Shown: positions 10,213-19,832, counted from the stretch's first letter. The stretch: DNA of 64,000 bases from a virus (IMGVR_UViG_3300027212_000006:1-64000); one strand, 5' to 3'. The notes: a model not told the origin generated them from the sequence alone. Made by a program: numbers and translations.

Positions 10213-12729
10213 TTAACTACTTATAATCTGGGTGATAGTTTTTGTTGAGTTTTTATTAAATATAATAGAAACTCTGTATCTATTATTATTTAATGCCGTA
10301 CTATAAACACTTCCTAAGGACCACGCTATAGTGCTGCCTGAAGTATTAGTAAGATCTTTTGCTCCAATTGCTGAAGCTTTAGATATTCCAGTGCCACCCA
10401 AGCCTACTGGAATACCTAAATCAAACCAGACCTGATCGGTTTCGAGAAAAATTAATAAATTGAGGCCTGTTGTACCAGAGCCTGAAGTTCCATAGGCATA
10501 CAAATCACCTGTGGCAATACCGGTAAAGGCTAATGTGCCTGACTTTGTAGCTCCAGCTTTACTGAACCACCTTTGGTATTCAAATGCATTGTCAGTAGAA
10601 TAGTCATTGGCAGAACCAGCCCATTGAGCATCATATTCTGATTGTATTGGAACTCTCAATGTGCCACTCCTGACTTGTGCATTAGCATTAGCAAGATTGT
10701 CTAAGCTGCTGAATGCCGTACCTGATCCTGCACTATCATTTACTAATCTATAAACTTCATCTTGGAAATATTCATTATATGCGGTTGCTATATTTCCGTA
10801 GGTGTTTATATAGTAATTAATAGCAGTATTAGAGGAAGTTGAGTTAATAACCTTATATAGCCCAACAGTCAAATATTTATTGAAAGAAGATTGGTCTATA
10901 GTATTTAATGTAGCAGTAACGTAATTTAAACCAGATCTATCGTATGTTGCATTATAAACAGGAGTTCCACTTTCTTCACCAGTTAAATTAAGAGTCACTA
11001 AACCTGTCGCAGAAATATTTGCTACTCTTGTTGCGTTGTAACATCTATTGAATATTCCAGAAGCAGCTACAAACGTAACCTGCCATGAAGTTCCAGTTCC
11101 ATAATATTTTAATCCTGAAAGATATTTAAATACTTCTGTTGTTACTGTATTTGACGGTCCTGTAGAAAATGAAGGGGTAGCTGCCCCATCTACACTATAT
11201 GTATCTTTCCAAACCTCATAAAGATTTGACTCACTAGAAGAACCTATGGAAGAAGGAGTCCATCTTAATGAATTACCCGCATAACCATCTGTACTTTGAG
11301 TGTATGCTTGAATATTTGCGTTAGCTTTATTCCAAATTGTATTTGTAGTACCTAGCGCAGTCACTCTCATTGTTCCAAGAGTGTAAGTAGGAGTTGGATT
11401 TGTAGTTAAATCTATAAATGAAACTGCAGTACCAGATGTGTAAGTTGAATCATATAAAATATGAGAAATAGTACCAAATGAAGCTGTGTCTAAAGTCTTA
11501 CCTGCAAAAAACTTAGACACTGGAGTACTGGCTAAAGTTAAAGATCCAGTAACATAATATCTTGAAATCGTAGCACCAGTAGTAATACCAGCTCTGTACC
11601 AATTTGCACTATTGTTTGCAGAAACCTTTGCTGAATAAAATGTAGGTGAACTTGAAATCGCTAAGTTCATACCTGCCAAACCGTCAGGAGCAGTTGGAGC
11701 TATAAGAGCTAGTAATTCATTAATATCATCAAAAGCGTCAGCTGCAGTGGTAACACCAGGAGTCCATGTGTCAAAATATCCATCTGTGTATGTAGTATCA
11801 GTAGGTGTGCCTAATAATCCAGATGCTGCAGAAGGAGCCCACTCTGGTTTAGTGGCTCCTGTTGCAACTGTTAATACATCTCCTGTGTTGCCAATTCCAA
11901 GCCTATCCCATGCAGCGCCGTTGTAATATAAAGTATCACCAGCAGTTTGAGATGTTATACTTAGCTTGGTTATATCAAATGTTTGAGCAGCTGCAAATGA
12001 AATTGCTTGGGTATAAGTATTTGAGCCAGTCCAGTTGAAATTGTATGATTCATCAACATATACAGTTCCAACTTCGTCAATCAAACCACCAGTGACAGTT
12101 ATTCCAGTGCCAGGATAAATACCTGTAACACCACCACCACCTACTAATTGCCATCCAGTAGGTGTAAATACTCTTAGTTTATTGGCTGTAGTGTCGAAGT
12201 AAACAGAACCATAACTAGAGCCAAAAGAAGATTGAACACCAGCTTTATTAGAAAATCTTAAGTATTCATTAAACTGAACATATCCAGTTACAGGCTGATT
12301 GGTTCCATCTAGTCTAAGATAATTAAGATCAGCGTATCCAGCAGTAATTCCAGAGCCACCACCGCCTGTAAGTGTGTTCCAGCCTCCTGCATAATATATT
12401 CTTACTTCATTAGATGCAGAATTAAAATATATTGCTCCGGTAGGTGGTGTTCCGGTAGGGTCTGTTGTTTTAGAAAGAAGCTGTACGCCGTAAGTAGTGG
12501 AATTGGAAACATTAAATTGTAAGTTTCCAGTAATTGTTCCACCAGCAGTAGTAATAAAACCAGTAGAATCAAAGCCTAATATTATATTATTAAATTGTTT
12601 TAATAATGTAATTGGCGAATCGGCTTGAATAGATACATCGCCACGGAAACCATTTAGGGTAGTGACAGCGTTATTAGCTACCAGTGAGCCTACAATTAGT
12701 CTTGGTGGAACAATATAAAAATTAGCCAT
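10213..12729 (-). CDS. Virion structural (fibre/baseplate-associated) protein
   Basis: 838 aa, G/T/S-rich; GAIYFNSASNEVRIY and GSVYFDTTANKLRVF fibre modules; LGTPTDTTYTDG motif; closely spaced with its neighbours. Confidence 0.7.
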   Translation of the reverse strand: MANFYIVPPRLIVGSLVANNAVTTLNGFRGDVSIQADSPITLLKQFNNIILGFDSTGFITTAGGTITGNLQFNVSNSTTYGVQLLSKTTDPTGTPPTGAIYFNSASNEVRIYYAGGWNTLTGGGGSGITAGYADLNYLRLDGTNQPVTGYVQFNEYLRFSNKAGVQSSFGSSYGSVYFDTTANKLRVFTPTGWQLVGGGGVTGIYPGTGITVTGGLIDEVGTVYVDESYNFNWTGSNTYTQAISFAAAQTFDITKLSITSQTAGDTLYYNGAAWDRLGIGNTGDVLTVATGATKPEWAPSAASGLLGTPTDTTYTDGYFDTWTPGVTTAADAFDDINELLALIAPTAPDGLAGMNLAISSSPTFYSAKVSANNSANWYRAGITTGATISRYYVTGSLTLASTPVSKFFAGKTLDTASFGTISHILYDSTYTSGTAVSFIDLTTNPTPTYTLGTMRVTALGTTNTIWNKANANIQAYTQSTDGYAGNSLRWTPSSIGSSSESNLYEVWKDTYSVDGAATPSFSTGPSNTVTTEVFKYLSGLKYYGTGTSWQVTFVAASGIFNRCYNATRVANISATGLVTLNLTGEESGTPVYNATYDRSGLNYVTATLNTIDQSSFNKYLTVGLYKVINSTSSNTAINYYINTYGNIATAYNEYFQDEVYRLVNDSAGSGTAFSSLDNLANANAQVRSGTLRVPIQSEYDAQWAGSANDYSTDNAFEYQRWFSKAGATKSGTLAFTGIATGDLYAYGTSGSGTTGLNLLIFLETDQVWFDLGIPVGLGGTGISKASAIGAKDLTNTSGSTIAWSLGSVYSTALNNNRYRVSIIFNKNSTKTITQIISS

Positions 12730-12739
12730 GTTTCAAGTT

Positions 12740-14494
12740 TTAGATTTTTTCTATTACGGCCCAAATGGTAAAATTGTCAGCTTCATACAATTCTAATGTC
12801 TTAATAAAAATCATATCTCCTGAAGTGTAACGATCTTTAGAGAATGATATAGAGCTGGATTTATTTACAAATGCGTTTACGACGATGTTATGATATAAAA
12901 TAGAGTCATTGTTACACACCAAGTTAATTTCAATATCTTCTTTAGGTGGAGTGTGACAGTAAATATCTACTCTTTTTAATTTCCATAAATCTCCGTTCTG
13001 TGCCTTTGAACTTGTAAAAGGAACTAACAACATGAATGGATTAATACAGTTAGATTTTAAAGTTGAATTATCACAAATCTTTAAAACATGGGTTTCTTTT
13101 GTTGAAAATGTATCTGTAAGGCAAACTTCTATTCCATTTTTATTAAAGTAAAGTTCGCCATTTCTTCTAAATATTTGGTCAGTGGTTTGTGAAGAATTAT
13201 CAATATCATAAATAGTTAAAGATCTTACTCTTAAACTTCCATTAACTCTTGCATTATTGAACTCGTGATTACCTTGCCAATTGAACTCAGCATCAGTATT
13301 TATGTCAAGATTTAGCTCGTCTTTAATTTTTTCTGATTTAATTCTTTCACTTGCTTGTACTTGAGAAATTGGATACTTATATGATGGTAATTGATTTGCT
13401 CCATTAGAAATTAAAGCCTGACCAATTTCTCCAGGATTTAAAACATACAATTTTGAACTATCTGAGGATTTTAATAAAACAGATCCCAAAGCAGATGAAC
13501 TTAAATCTAATCCCGTACCGCCTTTATCAAGATTTAAAATTGTAGATAAAGTTTTTGCACTTCCATTAATATTAGAATCGACAGTACTAAGTTGATATTC
13601 TCTTTCGCCCTTAAATACTAAGTTTCCATCAGATTCTTGAATAAAATTGAACTTATTTAATTGTGTTCTTAATTCATTCTTAATATCAATCTCAGACCAT
13701 TGCGGAATTCCATTTTTAACAGTGAGGATATGGTTTTCCAGATTTTTAGATGAAATTTTGCCTAGAACGTTATCATCTGTAGCTAAAACAATATCTCCCC
13801 TATCAATTGTGTTAAATCCTAACCCACCTTGATTGAATGAAATTGTGCCTTTAATGTTTTCAGATTCAACAGTCTTATCGGTTTTTTCGCTTACTGATTT
13901 TAAAAGATTATCAAAAGAAATTGCATATGATTTAATTTCATCATCTTCTTCTAAATCAAATGAAATACCACTTTTAGTAATTCTTAATGTAGATGAATAT
14001 TTTTTAAAGTCTTGAAGCGTTGAGTTACTATCTATCCTTTTATCAACATTTTCATCAAAGTTTTTCCATAGAAACTCATCATTTTCAAAAGATAAATAAG
14101 AATCAATAGCTGGAGAAAGTGTTTTTAATTTATTGGACTTAAAATAGACAAGTCCTTCATTAGGGTTTGTATGCCAGCCTGTACCACCATTTTTTAATTC
14201 CAAAACACCCAAAGTTTCATTAGATAAAACAAGTGGAATCCATGTAAGAGCATTGCCATCAAAATGCAAATATGTAGAAGGTGTTGATGGTTCTAATAAT
14301 GAAGGTTTACCCTGTACATTTACTAATAAGGATTGACTCTTAGTATTTGAAAAAGTGATTTGATTTAAATTGAATCTTTGGTTAGGAGAAAACCTAATTT
14401 CTTTATCGAAAATATGTTTTCCTTTCCAATGAAGGTCTAAATTAGGGTCAAATGAGCTAGAAATATCAGGTGTCATATCAGGGTTCTTGTACAA
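12740..14494 (-). CDS. Charged paralogue of the fibre proteins
   Basis: 584 aa from TTG (alternative ATG 14476); retains LELKNGGTG, FNQGGLG, LDKGGTG and FNWQGNHEF motifs plus the shared C-terminal domain. Confidence 0.65.
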   Translation of the reverse strand: MYKNPDMTPDISSSFDPNLDLHWKGKHIFDKEIRFSPNQRFNLNQITFSNTKSQSLLVNVQGKPSLLEPSTPSTYLHFDGNALTWIPLVLSNETLGVLELKNGGTGWHTNPNEGLVYFKSNKLKTLSPAIDSYLSFENDEFLWKNFDENVDKRIDSNSTLQDFKKYSSTLRITKSGISFDLEEDDEIKSYAISFDNLLKSVSEKTDKTVESENIKGTISFNQGGLGFNTIDRGDIVLATDDNVLGKISSKNLENHILTVKNGIPQWSEIDIKNELRTQLNKFNFIQESDGNLVFKGEREYQLSTVDSNINGSAKTLSTILNLDKGGTGLDLSSSALGSVLLKSSDSSKLYVLNPGEIGQALISNGANQLPSYKYPISQVQASERIKSEKIKDELNLDINTDAEFNWQGNHEFNNARVNGSLRVRSLTIYDIDNSSQTTDQIFRRNGELYFNKNGIEVCLTDTFSTKETHVLKICDNSTLKSNCINPFMLLVPFTSSKAQNGDLWKLKRVDIYCHTPPKEDIEINLVCNNDSILYHNIVVNAFVNKSSSISFSKDRYTSGDMIFIKTLELYEADNFTIWAVIEKI

Positions 14495-14512
14495 AAAGGG
14501 GATACTTATATA

Positions 14513-14567
14513 GTTCTAACTGTAGGATGAAAGCCCTTTAAAGGAAGAATTATATGACATACAGAAA
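14513..14567. promoter_or_regulatory. Back-to-back putative AGG-N17/18-AGAA promoters sharing a CCTTTAAAGG palindrome
   Basis: Minus: AGG 14537-14535, N17, AGAAC. Plus: AGG 14542-14544, N18, AGAAA. Lies between divergent virion genes. Confidence 0.5.
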
Positions 14568-14657
14568 GGAAAAAATAACGAAAACAAAAAAAATGTTTTG
14601 AAAAATGTTTTCTTCGAAGAAATAAACTTATGTGTAACTTAATTAAGGAGTTCAAAA

Positions 14658-15539
14658 ATGGCCGTTAATTATCCATCATCTTTTGATAATGGTAGTGCTC
14701 CAGGGCAAAGAACAGTCAATAACGTCACTGACCGCAGAGACTTTCACTATTTTAATGCCCCTAGCATTGCAACAGCAACAAACTTAACCGCAGTTAGCTT
14801 AGCTACCGCTGCATTGCTTCCTACCACGCCAGTGTATTCTGCTGCAAATGGTACCATTACATCTGGTTCTGCAACAACTTTAGTTGTTGACGGTGTCAAC
14901 GTTACTGCGTTGAATACAAGAATCTTAGTAAAGAATCAACCAGGTACTGGTATCAGCAATGGTATCTACGGTCTTTCCACAATTGGTGGAACTAACGTAA
15001 ACTGGGTTCTTACAAGAACAACTGATATGAATGCTGATGCAGAAGCATTAAGATTCTCATCAGTTTCTGTTTCAGCTGGTACAGTTAATGGAAGCACCAA
15101 GTGGTATTTATCCACTGAAGAGCCAATTACTGTTGGCACTGATGCAATGACATGGACAGCAATGCCTACTACTGTTGATTATGTTAGCGCTGCTAACTAC
15201 CCAACAGACGCTAATGTTGGTGTCGCTAACCTCTCAAATGCAACTGATCTTGTTGATGATTTCAGATCAATCCTCAATGTTCTTGAGTTTGAAATCAATG
15301 CAATTCAAACTTCATTTGCATCTGTAACAACATTTGGCTTCCAATTTATGGCAGCTTCAAACAATCTTTCAATCAGAAACCTCAAGTCAAAAGCAGACAA
15401 GTACGTCTTCGAGCTTAAAAGACTTAGAGAAGATATTGACAGAGTTACAACAGTTGGCTTCCCAGGCAATGATATTGTTGGTATGGGTCTTACCTCAACA
15501 TATCCATCTGGTAGAAACAGAGGATGGGGTCCTAACTAA
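14658..15539 (+). CDS. Virion structural protein with one COG5301-like tail-fibre module
   Basis: VDGVNV...RILVKNQ...NGIY...WVLTRTTDMN module; strong AAGGAG SD; C-ending codon bias suggests high expression. Confidence 0.7.
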   Translation: MAVNYPSSFDNGSAPGQRTVNNVTDRRDFHYFNAPSIATATNLTAVSLATAALLPTTPVYSAANGTITSGSATTLVVDGVNVTALNTRILVKNQPGTGISNGIYGLSTIGGTNVNWVLTRTTDMNADAEALRFSSVSVSAGTVNGSTKWYLSTEEPITVGTDAMTWTAMPTTVDYVSAANYPTDANVGVANLSNATDLVDDFRSILNVLEFEINAIQTSFASVTTFGFQFMAASNNLSIRNLKSKADKYVFELKRLREDIDRVTTVGFPGNDIVGMGLTSTYPSGRNRGWGPN

Positions 15540-15557
15540 TCTTAGTATTAGAAGACT

Positions 15558-15594
15558 AAAAAAGGGGAGAATCTTACGATTCTCCCCTTTTTTT
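15558..15594. terminator. Bidirectional intrinsic terminator
   Basis: AAAAAAGGGGAGAATC-TTAC-GATTCTCCCCTTTTTTT between convergent genes. Confidence 0.92.
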
Positions 15595-16228
15595 ACCAAA
15601 TTGGCCCATGTTTAAGTTTGGCTCTTAAATGATTAATATCATTCATGCAAATTGTTTGAAGAACTTTCAAAACTTTACTTGAATATCTACTTTGGGTTCC
15701 AGCACCATTGTACCTTCCCCACATATATCTAAGATTTCTACTTGAACCTGAGGCTCTGTCCATTGTTGAACCTCTTCTGACAGTGTGTCGCAAATGCGTA
15801 GATAATTCTTTTGTTCCCAAAGCAATATTCCCATAAACTGTGTATGGATTATATTGTCTTTTGGGATCAATATATCTAGCAGTGGATTTTAGTACTTGCA
15901 TCATCCCAATACATGGTTTGCTTTTCATACTAAACTCACTTTCTACATAAGCGGTTGAAGCGATTATATATGGATCGACTTTATATTTCTTTCCATAAAT
16001 AAACATTGCTTCAACAATTTTTGCAATATAAGATTCAGAATATTTAGGATTCACTAATTTGATGAACCCCTTGATTTTGTTTCTTTTTGCAAGCTCTCCT
16101 TTATTCACTTTAACTTCCAAAGTTAAAGATTTTTGACTTGGTTTTGCAATTTTGATTTCTTTATGTGGCAATATGTTTGACATAGCTGCCAAAGAAAGCA
16201 AAACTACTTTCATGTATCCCATAATCAT
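15593..16228 (-). CDS. Lytic transglycosylase (SLT domain)
   Basis: YKVDPYIIASTAYVESEF (catalytic Glu), IGMMQV and RYNGAG motifs; hydrophobic N-terminus; AGGAG SD. Confidence 0.85.
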   Translation of the reverse strand: MIMGYMKVVLLSLAAMSNILPHKEIKIAKPSQKSLTLEVKVNKGELAKRNKIKGFIKLVNPKYSESYIAKIVEAMFIYGKKYKVDPYIIASTAYVESEFSMKSKPCIGMMQVLKSTARYIDPKRQYNPYTVYGNIALGTKELSTHLRHTVRRGSTMDRASGSSRNLRYMWGRYNGAGTQSRYSSKVLKVLQTICMNDINHLRAKLKHGPIW

Positions 16229-16288
16229 AGTTTCTCTCCTTTTTGGTTAACAAGCAAGGATTTACTTGAAAACTTTAGAATTATTTCA

Positions 16289-16305
16289 ATTGTATACTAT
16301 ACAAT
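16289..16305. promoter_or_regulatory. Palindrome containing -10-like boxes on both strands
   Basis: ATTGTATA-C-TATACAAT between divergent genes; reads TGTATACT on + and TGTATAGT on -. Confidence 0.5.
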
Positions 16306-16317
16306 AAAGGAACCGTA

Positions 16318-16638
16318 TTGTCAATGCATTCAGGCATAAAGAGCTTTTTCAATTTAGGTGGAAAAGATAATAATACTCAAAAAGAGATCTGTGTTACTTG
16401 CAAATATTTGGGCAAGTCAATAGATGTTTGTTCAATTTTACCTGGCAAATCTATAAGGTGCTCAGTATGTGGATTGCCTGTGCATAGAAGCCACCGTACT
16501 TTATTTTCTGCGGAAGCCTATGTTTGCCCCTCTTGTGTAGATAGACAGACAGGATGGAGCATGGAAAGAACTGCTAGCAAATTAACAGATGCAGAAGTAA
16601 ATAAGATCTTTGGGAATATTTTTGGAGACGACAAATGA
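16318..16638 (+). CDS. Cys-rich zinc-finger hypothetical protein
   Basis: CVTC, CSVC and CPSC pairs; AAAGGA SD. Confidence 0.65.
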   Translation: MSMHSGIKSFFNLGGKDNNTQKEICVTCKYLGKSIDVCSILPGKSIRCSVCGLPVHRSHRTLFSAEAYVCPSCVDRQTGWSMERTASKLTDAEVNKIFGNIFGDDK

Positions 16639-17003
16639 CTTTAGTAGAAAAGTTAATTAAGCTTGCTGAAGACCTAGAAAATGAGGGTTTTATTGAAGAA
16701 TCTGATCAATTAACAAATGCAGTGGAAAAAGATATTCAACAAAATCCAACCCCATTATTGATAGATAAAGATGATGAAGAAATTCACCAAATGGAAACAC
16801 CAAATCCATCTATGCCTTCAATGCCAACTCCACAACAATCAATGCCAGAACCTACAGAAAATGTTAGTCAAATAGAAGATGAACTAACCACTGGAATATT
16901 AGCTTTATTGGCAAAGAATAATGATTTTGTTTTAGGTGAACAAGGCGAAATAGGTAATTCTGATAATGAGTTTGTTGACGCTTTGCTTAATTTAGCATCT
17001 TAA
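16635..17003 (+). CDS. Acidic hypothetical protein
   Basis: ATGA overlap with the upstream gene; N-terminal LIKLAEDLENEGFIEESDQL helix; PSMP low-complexity stretch. Confidence 0.7.
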   Translation: MTLVEKLIKLAEDLENEGFIEESDQLTNAVEKDIQQNPTPLLIDKDDEEIHQMETPNPSMPSMPTPQQSMPEPTENVSQIEDELTTGILALLAKNNDFVLGEQGEIGNSDNEFVDALLNLAS

Positions 17004-17221
17004 TTGATTTTCGTTTTTCTATCATAATCAGCTACACATTGGGGTGGTGGAACTGTAATTCTGCAATCTTCACAATGTGACTGAGTATGTACAACCCAAT
17101 CTTGCCATGTTTTTAATTGATTAGTTCTTCTCATTGAATTAGAAGACATAGGTGCATAAGCTTCATTTTTCATAAAGAAGCTTTTTCCACAGTCATGACA
17201 CAAACAGCTAATAACTGGCAT
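17000..17221 (-). CDS. Small zinc-ribbon hypothetical protein
   Basis: CHDC and CEDC pairs; ATG 17221 preferred over the track start 17248. Confidence 0.55.
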   Translation of the reverse strand: MPVISCLCHDCGKSFFMKNEAYAPMSSNSMRRTNQLKTWQDWVVHTQSHCEDCRITVPPPQCVADYDRKTKIN

Positions 17222-17606
17222 ATGTTTTGAAGTCCACAATTTTATCAATCATAAAAGCATCGATTTCATGCTCATTTTTTAAGTAAGTAGCTGTATTGTA
17301 TTCATCTATATAGCAATGTATATATCCGTTAACAGAATTATAGCTAAAGTCCTTAATTAAGATGTTTGAAATATAATTACTCTTCTTTATTTCTATATAA
17401 TAATCTAAAACTTTATCCATAGGTCCAGAAACTGTATTTTCGACATACCAAAAGTTAGTTTCTTTTGGCGGTATTTCTTTTCCAATGTTAACTTTATAAT
17501 TGTAAGATGTTTCGGAAAAAGATTTAACTTCTTCGCCTGTTTCTTTATTATAGATTTCAAGAAGCTGATTTATTTTTTTATCAGTTCCATTCCAAATTAT
17601 ATTCAT
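17208..17606 (-). CDS. Hypothetical protein
   Basis: 132-aa ORF coupled (TAATG) to the upstream gene. Confidence 0.65.
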   Translation of the reverse strand: MNIIWNGTDKKINQLLEIYNKETGEEVKSFSETSYNYKVNIGKEIPPKETNFWYVENTVSGPMDKVLDYYIEIKKSNYISNILIKDFSYNSVNGYIHCYIDEYNTATYLKNEHEIDAFMIDKIVDFKTYASY

Positions 17607-18112
17607 TACAATCCCAGCATTTCTTTTATAGACTTACCTGTTAATAAGTTCATGAATGTTAAAAATGCACCAATACCACCAATAACCCATGCAGATTTAT
17701 TTAAAAGATTCTTAATATCGAAATTATGTTTTTTCATTGATCTAATTTCCATCTCTATTTCATCGAGATCTTTTTTAAACAATCTAGTTAAATCAACTTT
17801 AGTGTTTTCAAGTTCTGCGCCAAAGTGAGATATTTGTGCAGTGTATTCTTCTAATGAATTTTCAAAAGCTTCTTGTCTTGACTGCATTAATGACTGAAAG
17901 TTTTGAAACATTTTATCAAGCGCAAAATAATATTTTTCAATACTTCTAAACTCAGTATTTGAAGAACCTTTTAATTCTACTAATGTTTCTAAAATATCTT
18001 CTTGATTTTTGAGAACGTTTTGTAATGCGAAGTTAAAATCTAAATAAGCTTCTGTTTGAGCTTTTTGAATTGCTTTAAATTGAGAGACACTAAGCTCCTC
18101 CTCTTCTTCCAT
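17606..18112 (-). CDS. Coiled-coil protein with C-terminal transmembrane helix
   Basis: Heptad-rich body; AWVIGGIGAFLTFMNLL hydrophobic segment. Confidence 0.65.
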   Translation of the reverse strand: MEEEEELSVSQFKAIQKAQTEAYLDFNFALQNVLKNQEDILETLVELKGSSNTEFRSIEKYYFALDKMFQNFQSLMQSRQEAFENSLEEYTAQISHFGAELENTKVDLTRLFKKDLDEIEMEIRSMKKHNFDIKNLLNKSAWVIGGIGAFLTFMNLLTGKSIKEMLGL

Positions 18113-18129
18113 AGCTTTGTGCCCCTTTA

Positions 18130-18471
18130 TTAAATTGCGTTAAGAACTTTTTGTAATCTTTTTGATGAATCTTTGAGTCTTTGGATTGGATCTTCTGCTG
18201 ATTCTAATGTACACAAGCAGCTATTTGTTCCATGATTAATATCTCTTTTATTGAGTTTAAAGTTCTTGCCAAAATGTGTAACTAATTTTGTGCATCCAAC
18301 TGAAAGATCTGCAGAATGAACAGCAATATCAAACCCCTTTTTACTGTATTCTTCTGCTTTGGCATTCATTAGCACATTTCCAATTTTATCAACTATCCAC
18401 ATTGGTTGATTAAAACTATCTATTAATGCTAATAATAACTTAGGTGGATTATTAAACTCTTGATTGTCCAT
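18130..18471 (-). CDS. Small PAS-like domain protein
   Basis: LLALIDSFNQPMWIVDKIGNVLMNAKAEEY matches the PAS N-terminal signature (ildsl.dgi.v.d..g.i...N.aae). Confidence 0.55.
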   Translation of the reverse strand: MDNQEFNNPPKLLLALIDSFNQPMWIVDKIGNVLMNAKAEEYSKKGFDIAVHSADLSVGCTKLVTHFGKNFKLNKRDINHGTNSCLCTLESAEDPIQRLKDSSKRLQKVLNAI

Positions 18472-18488
18472 TTTAGCCTCAAAGAACT

Positions 18489-19238
18489 TTAAAAGATTCT
18501 ATTGTAATATTCTTCAAAGGTTTTGTAACTTTCCTCGTCCTCCATTACAATAAATACATTTCTGATATTTGAATCTTTTTTGGATTTAAAGTAAGTAAGA
18601 ATTGAGGATAATTGAACTCTGGCTGTATCTTCAATGTCATGAGTTCCACAATCACAAGGAATGATAACAACATTTCCAGCATTATTTGATTCTGCTAAAT
18701 GTAAAGATTTTCGCATAGAAGATCTAATATCTTCTTCGTTAACCAATCTTGATTCACCAGCAACAACAGCATGATAAATCGACTTAGGCTTTACTTGACT
18801 TTCATCTCCACCATTAGAAGTTATGTATACATGTCCCATTTTAATTGGTTTAGGATATGCATCACATTCTTGTTGGATTTTTCCTCTTGACAATCTATGA
18901 AACTTAGCATCATCAATTTGGAGAACATTATTTGCTGGAAAAATTAAAACATCTGCCTTTACAGCATATGGATTTTCAATTTTATGTATTGAAATCTTAG
19001 TTCCTTTAGTTTCTTGCTTAGGCTGTGGTTTTGCTTCTTGAATTGGTTCTGGTATGACTTCAATTTTTTTAGGAGCACTTAAAAAAGAACATCGGTCTCT
19101 GTCACCTTCACAATCAATATTCCAGTTTGTTTCCAAAAGTGGTAAATCGATTTTTGTAAAGTAAGAGACCGAATGTGTGGTTGATGTGGTTTTTACGAAA
19201 CAGTTTTTATTTTCTAGATATAATGGGCATAATTTCAT
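18489..19238 (-). CDS. Macrodomain (ADP-ribose-binding fold) protein
   Basis: ADVLIFPANN, IQQECD, GHVYITSNGG, KSIYHAVV, LHLAES...VVIIP follow the macrodomain layout; Cys-containing N-terminal extension. Confidence 0.8.
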   Translation of the reverse strand: MKLCPLYLENKNCFVKTTSTTHSVSYFTKIDLPLLETNWNIDCEGDRDRCSFLSAPKKIEVIPEPIQEAKPQPKQETKGTKISIHKIENPYAVKADVLIFPANNVLQIDDAKFHRLSRGKIQQECDAYPKPIKMGHVYITSNGGDESQVKPKSIYHAVVAGESRLVNEEDIRSSMRKSLHLAESNNAGNVVIIPCDCGTHDIEDTARVQLSSILTYFKSKKDSNIRNVFIVMEDEESYKTFEEYYNRIF

Positions 19239-19257
19239 AGGGTATTACCTAAATGAA

Positions 19258-19265
19258 ATTATACA
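19258..19265 (-). promoter_or_regulatory. Putative sigma70-type -10 box TGTATAAT
   Basis: In the gap upstream of the macrodomain gene; the same octamer precedes clpX and dnaK. Confidence 0.6.
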
Positions 19266-19268
19266 ATC

Positions 19269-19832
19269 TTAAATTAATCGTGCAAAATACGGTAAATTTG
19301 TTCTAATAAAATTAAGATCAGACATAGACATAGAGTCCTTAAACTGCGACAAAATGGACTTAGCCTCTGTCATAAAGTTTTCTCTAGCATTAGGAGCTGA
19401 AGTCATAAATTGCCTGTGTAATATTTGCAATTTTGGAATTAATTCATTGTAAGCATTATCTCTAACCTGTCCAGCAAAATCAGTGAGTTCGCCTTCCATG
19501 TATCTATTGAGCAATCTCTTTTTTTCTTCAGCTGGTATGTTCATGGATTGTATTTGCAAAAGGATTTCAGGACTAATTGTCATTTCTGAAGGTTTTCCGC
19601 CTCCTTCAGGACCTTGAAAATCTCCGCCTTTAATTCCAACTCCAGACCATCCGCCTAGTTCGTTTGCTGATGATGCTGCAGAATTAACTCCACCAATTTC
19701 TTTTTCATCATCACTTTTTTGCTTTATTAGTTGGTTATATAATGAGCCTTTTGCAAATGGGTTTTGTGCAAGCTGAGACAATCTTTGATTTTCTTTTTCA
19801 GAAGTCAACCTTGTAATTTTATACATTGACAT
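19269..19832 (-). CDS. Hypothetical protein (RLSQLAQ motif)
   Basis: 187-aa ORF coupled (TAATG) to the upstream gene. Confidence 0.7.
   Translation of the reverse strand: MSMYKITRLTSEKENQRLSQLAQNPFAKGSLYNQLIKQKSDDEKEIGGVNSAASSANELGGWSGVGIKGGDFQGPEGGGKPSEMTISPEILLQIQSMNIPAEEKKRLLNRYMEGELTDFAGQVRDNAYNELIPKLQILHRQFMTSAPNARENFMTEAKSILSQFKDSMSMSDLNFIRTNLPYFARLI

Noticed and set aside
267-15539. Diversity-generating retroelement acting on fibre genes
   Set aside because: No reverse transcriptase and no template/variable repeat pair differing at adenines was seen.
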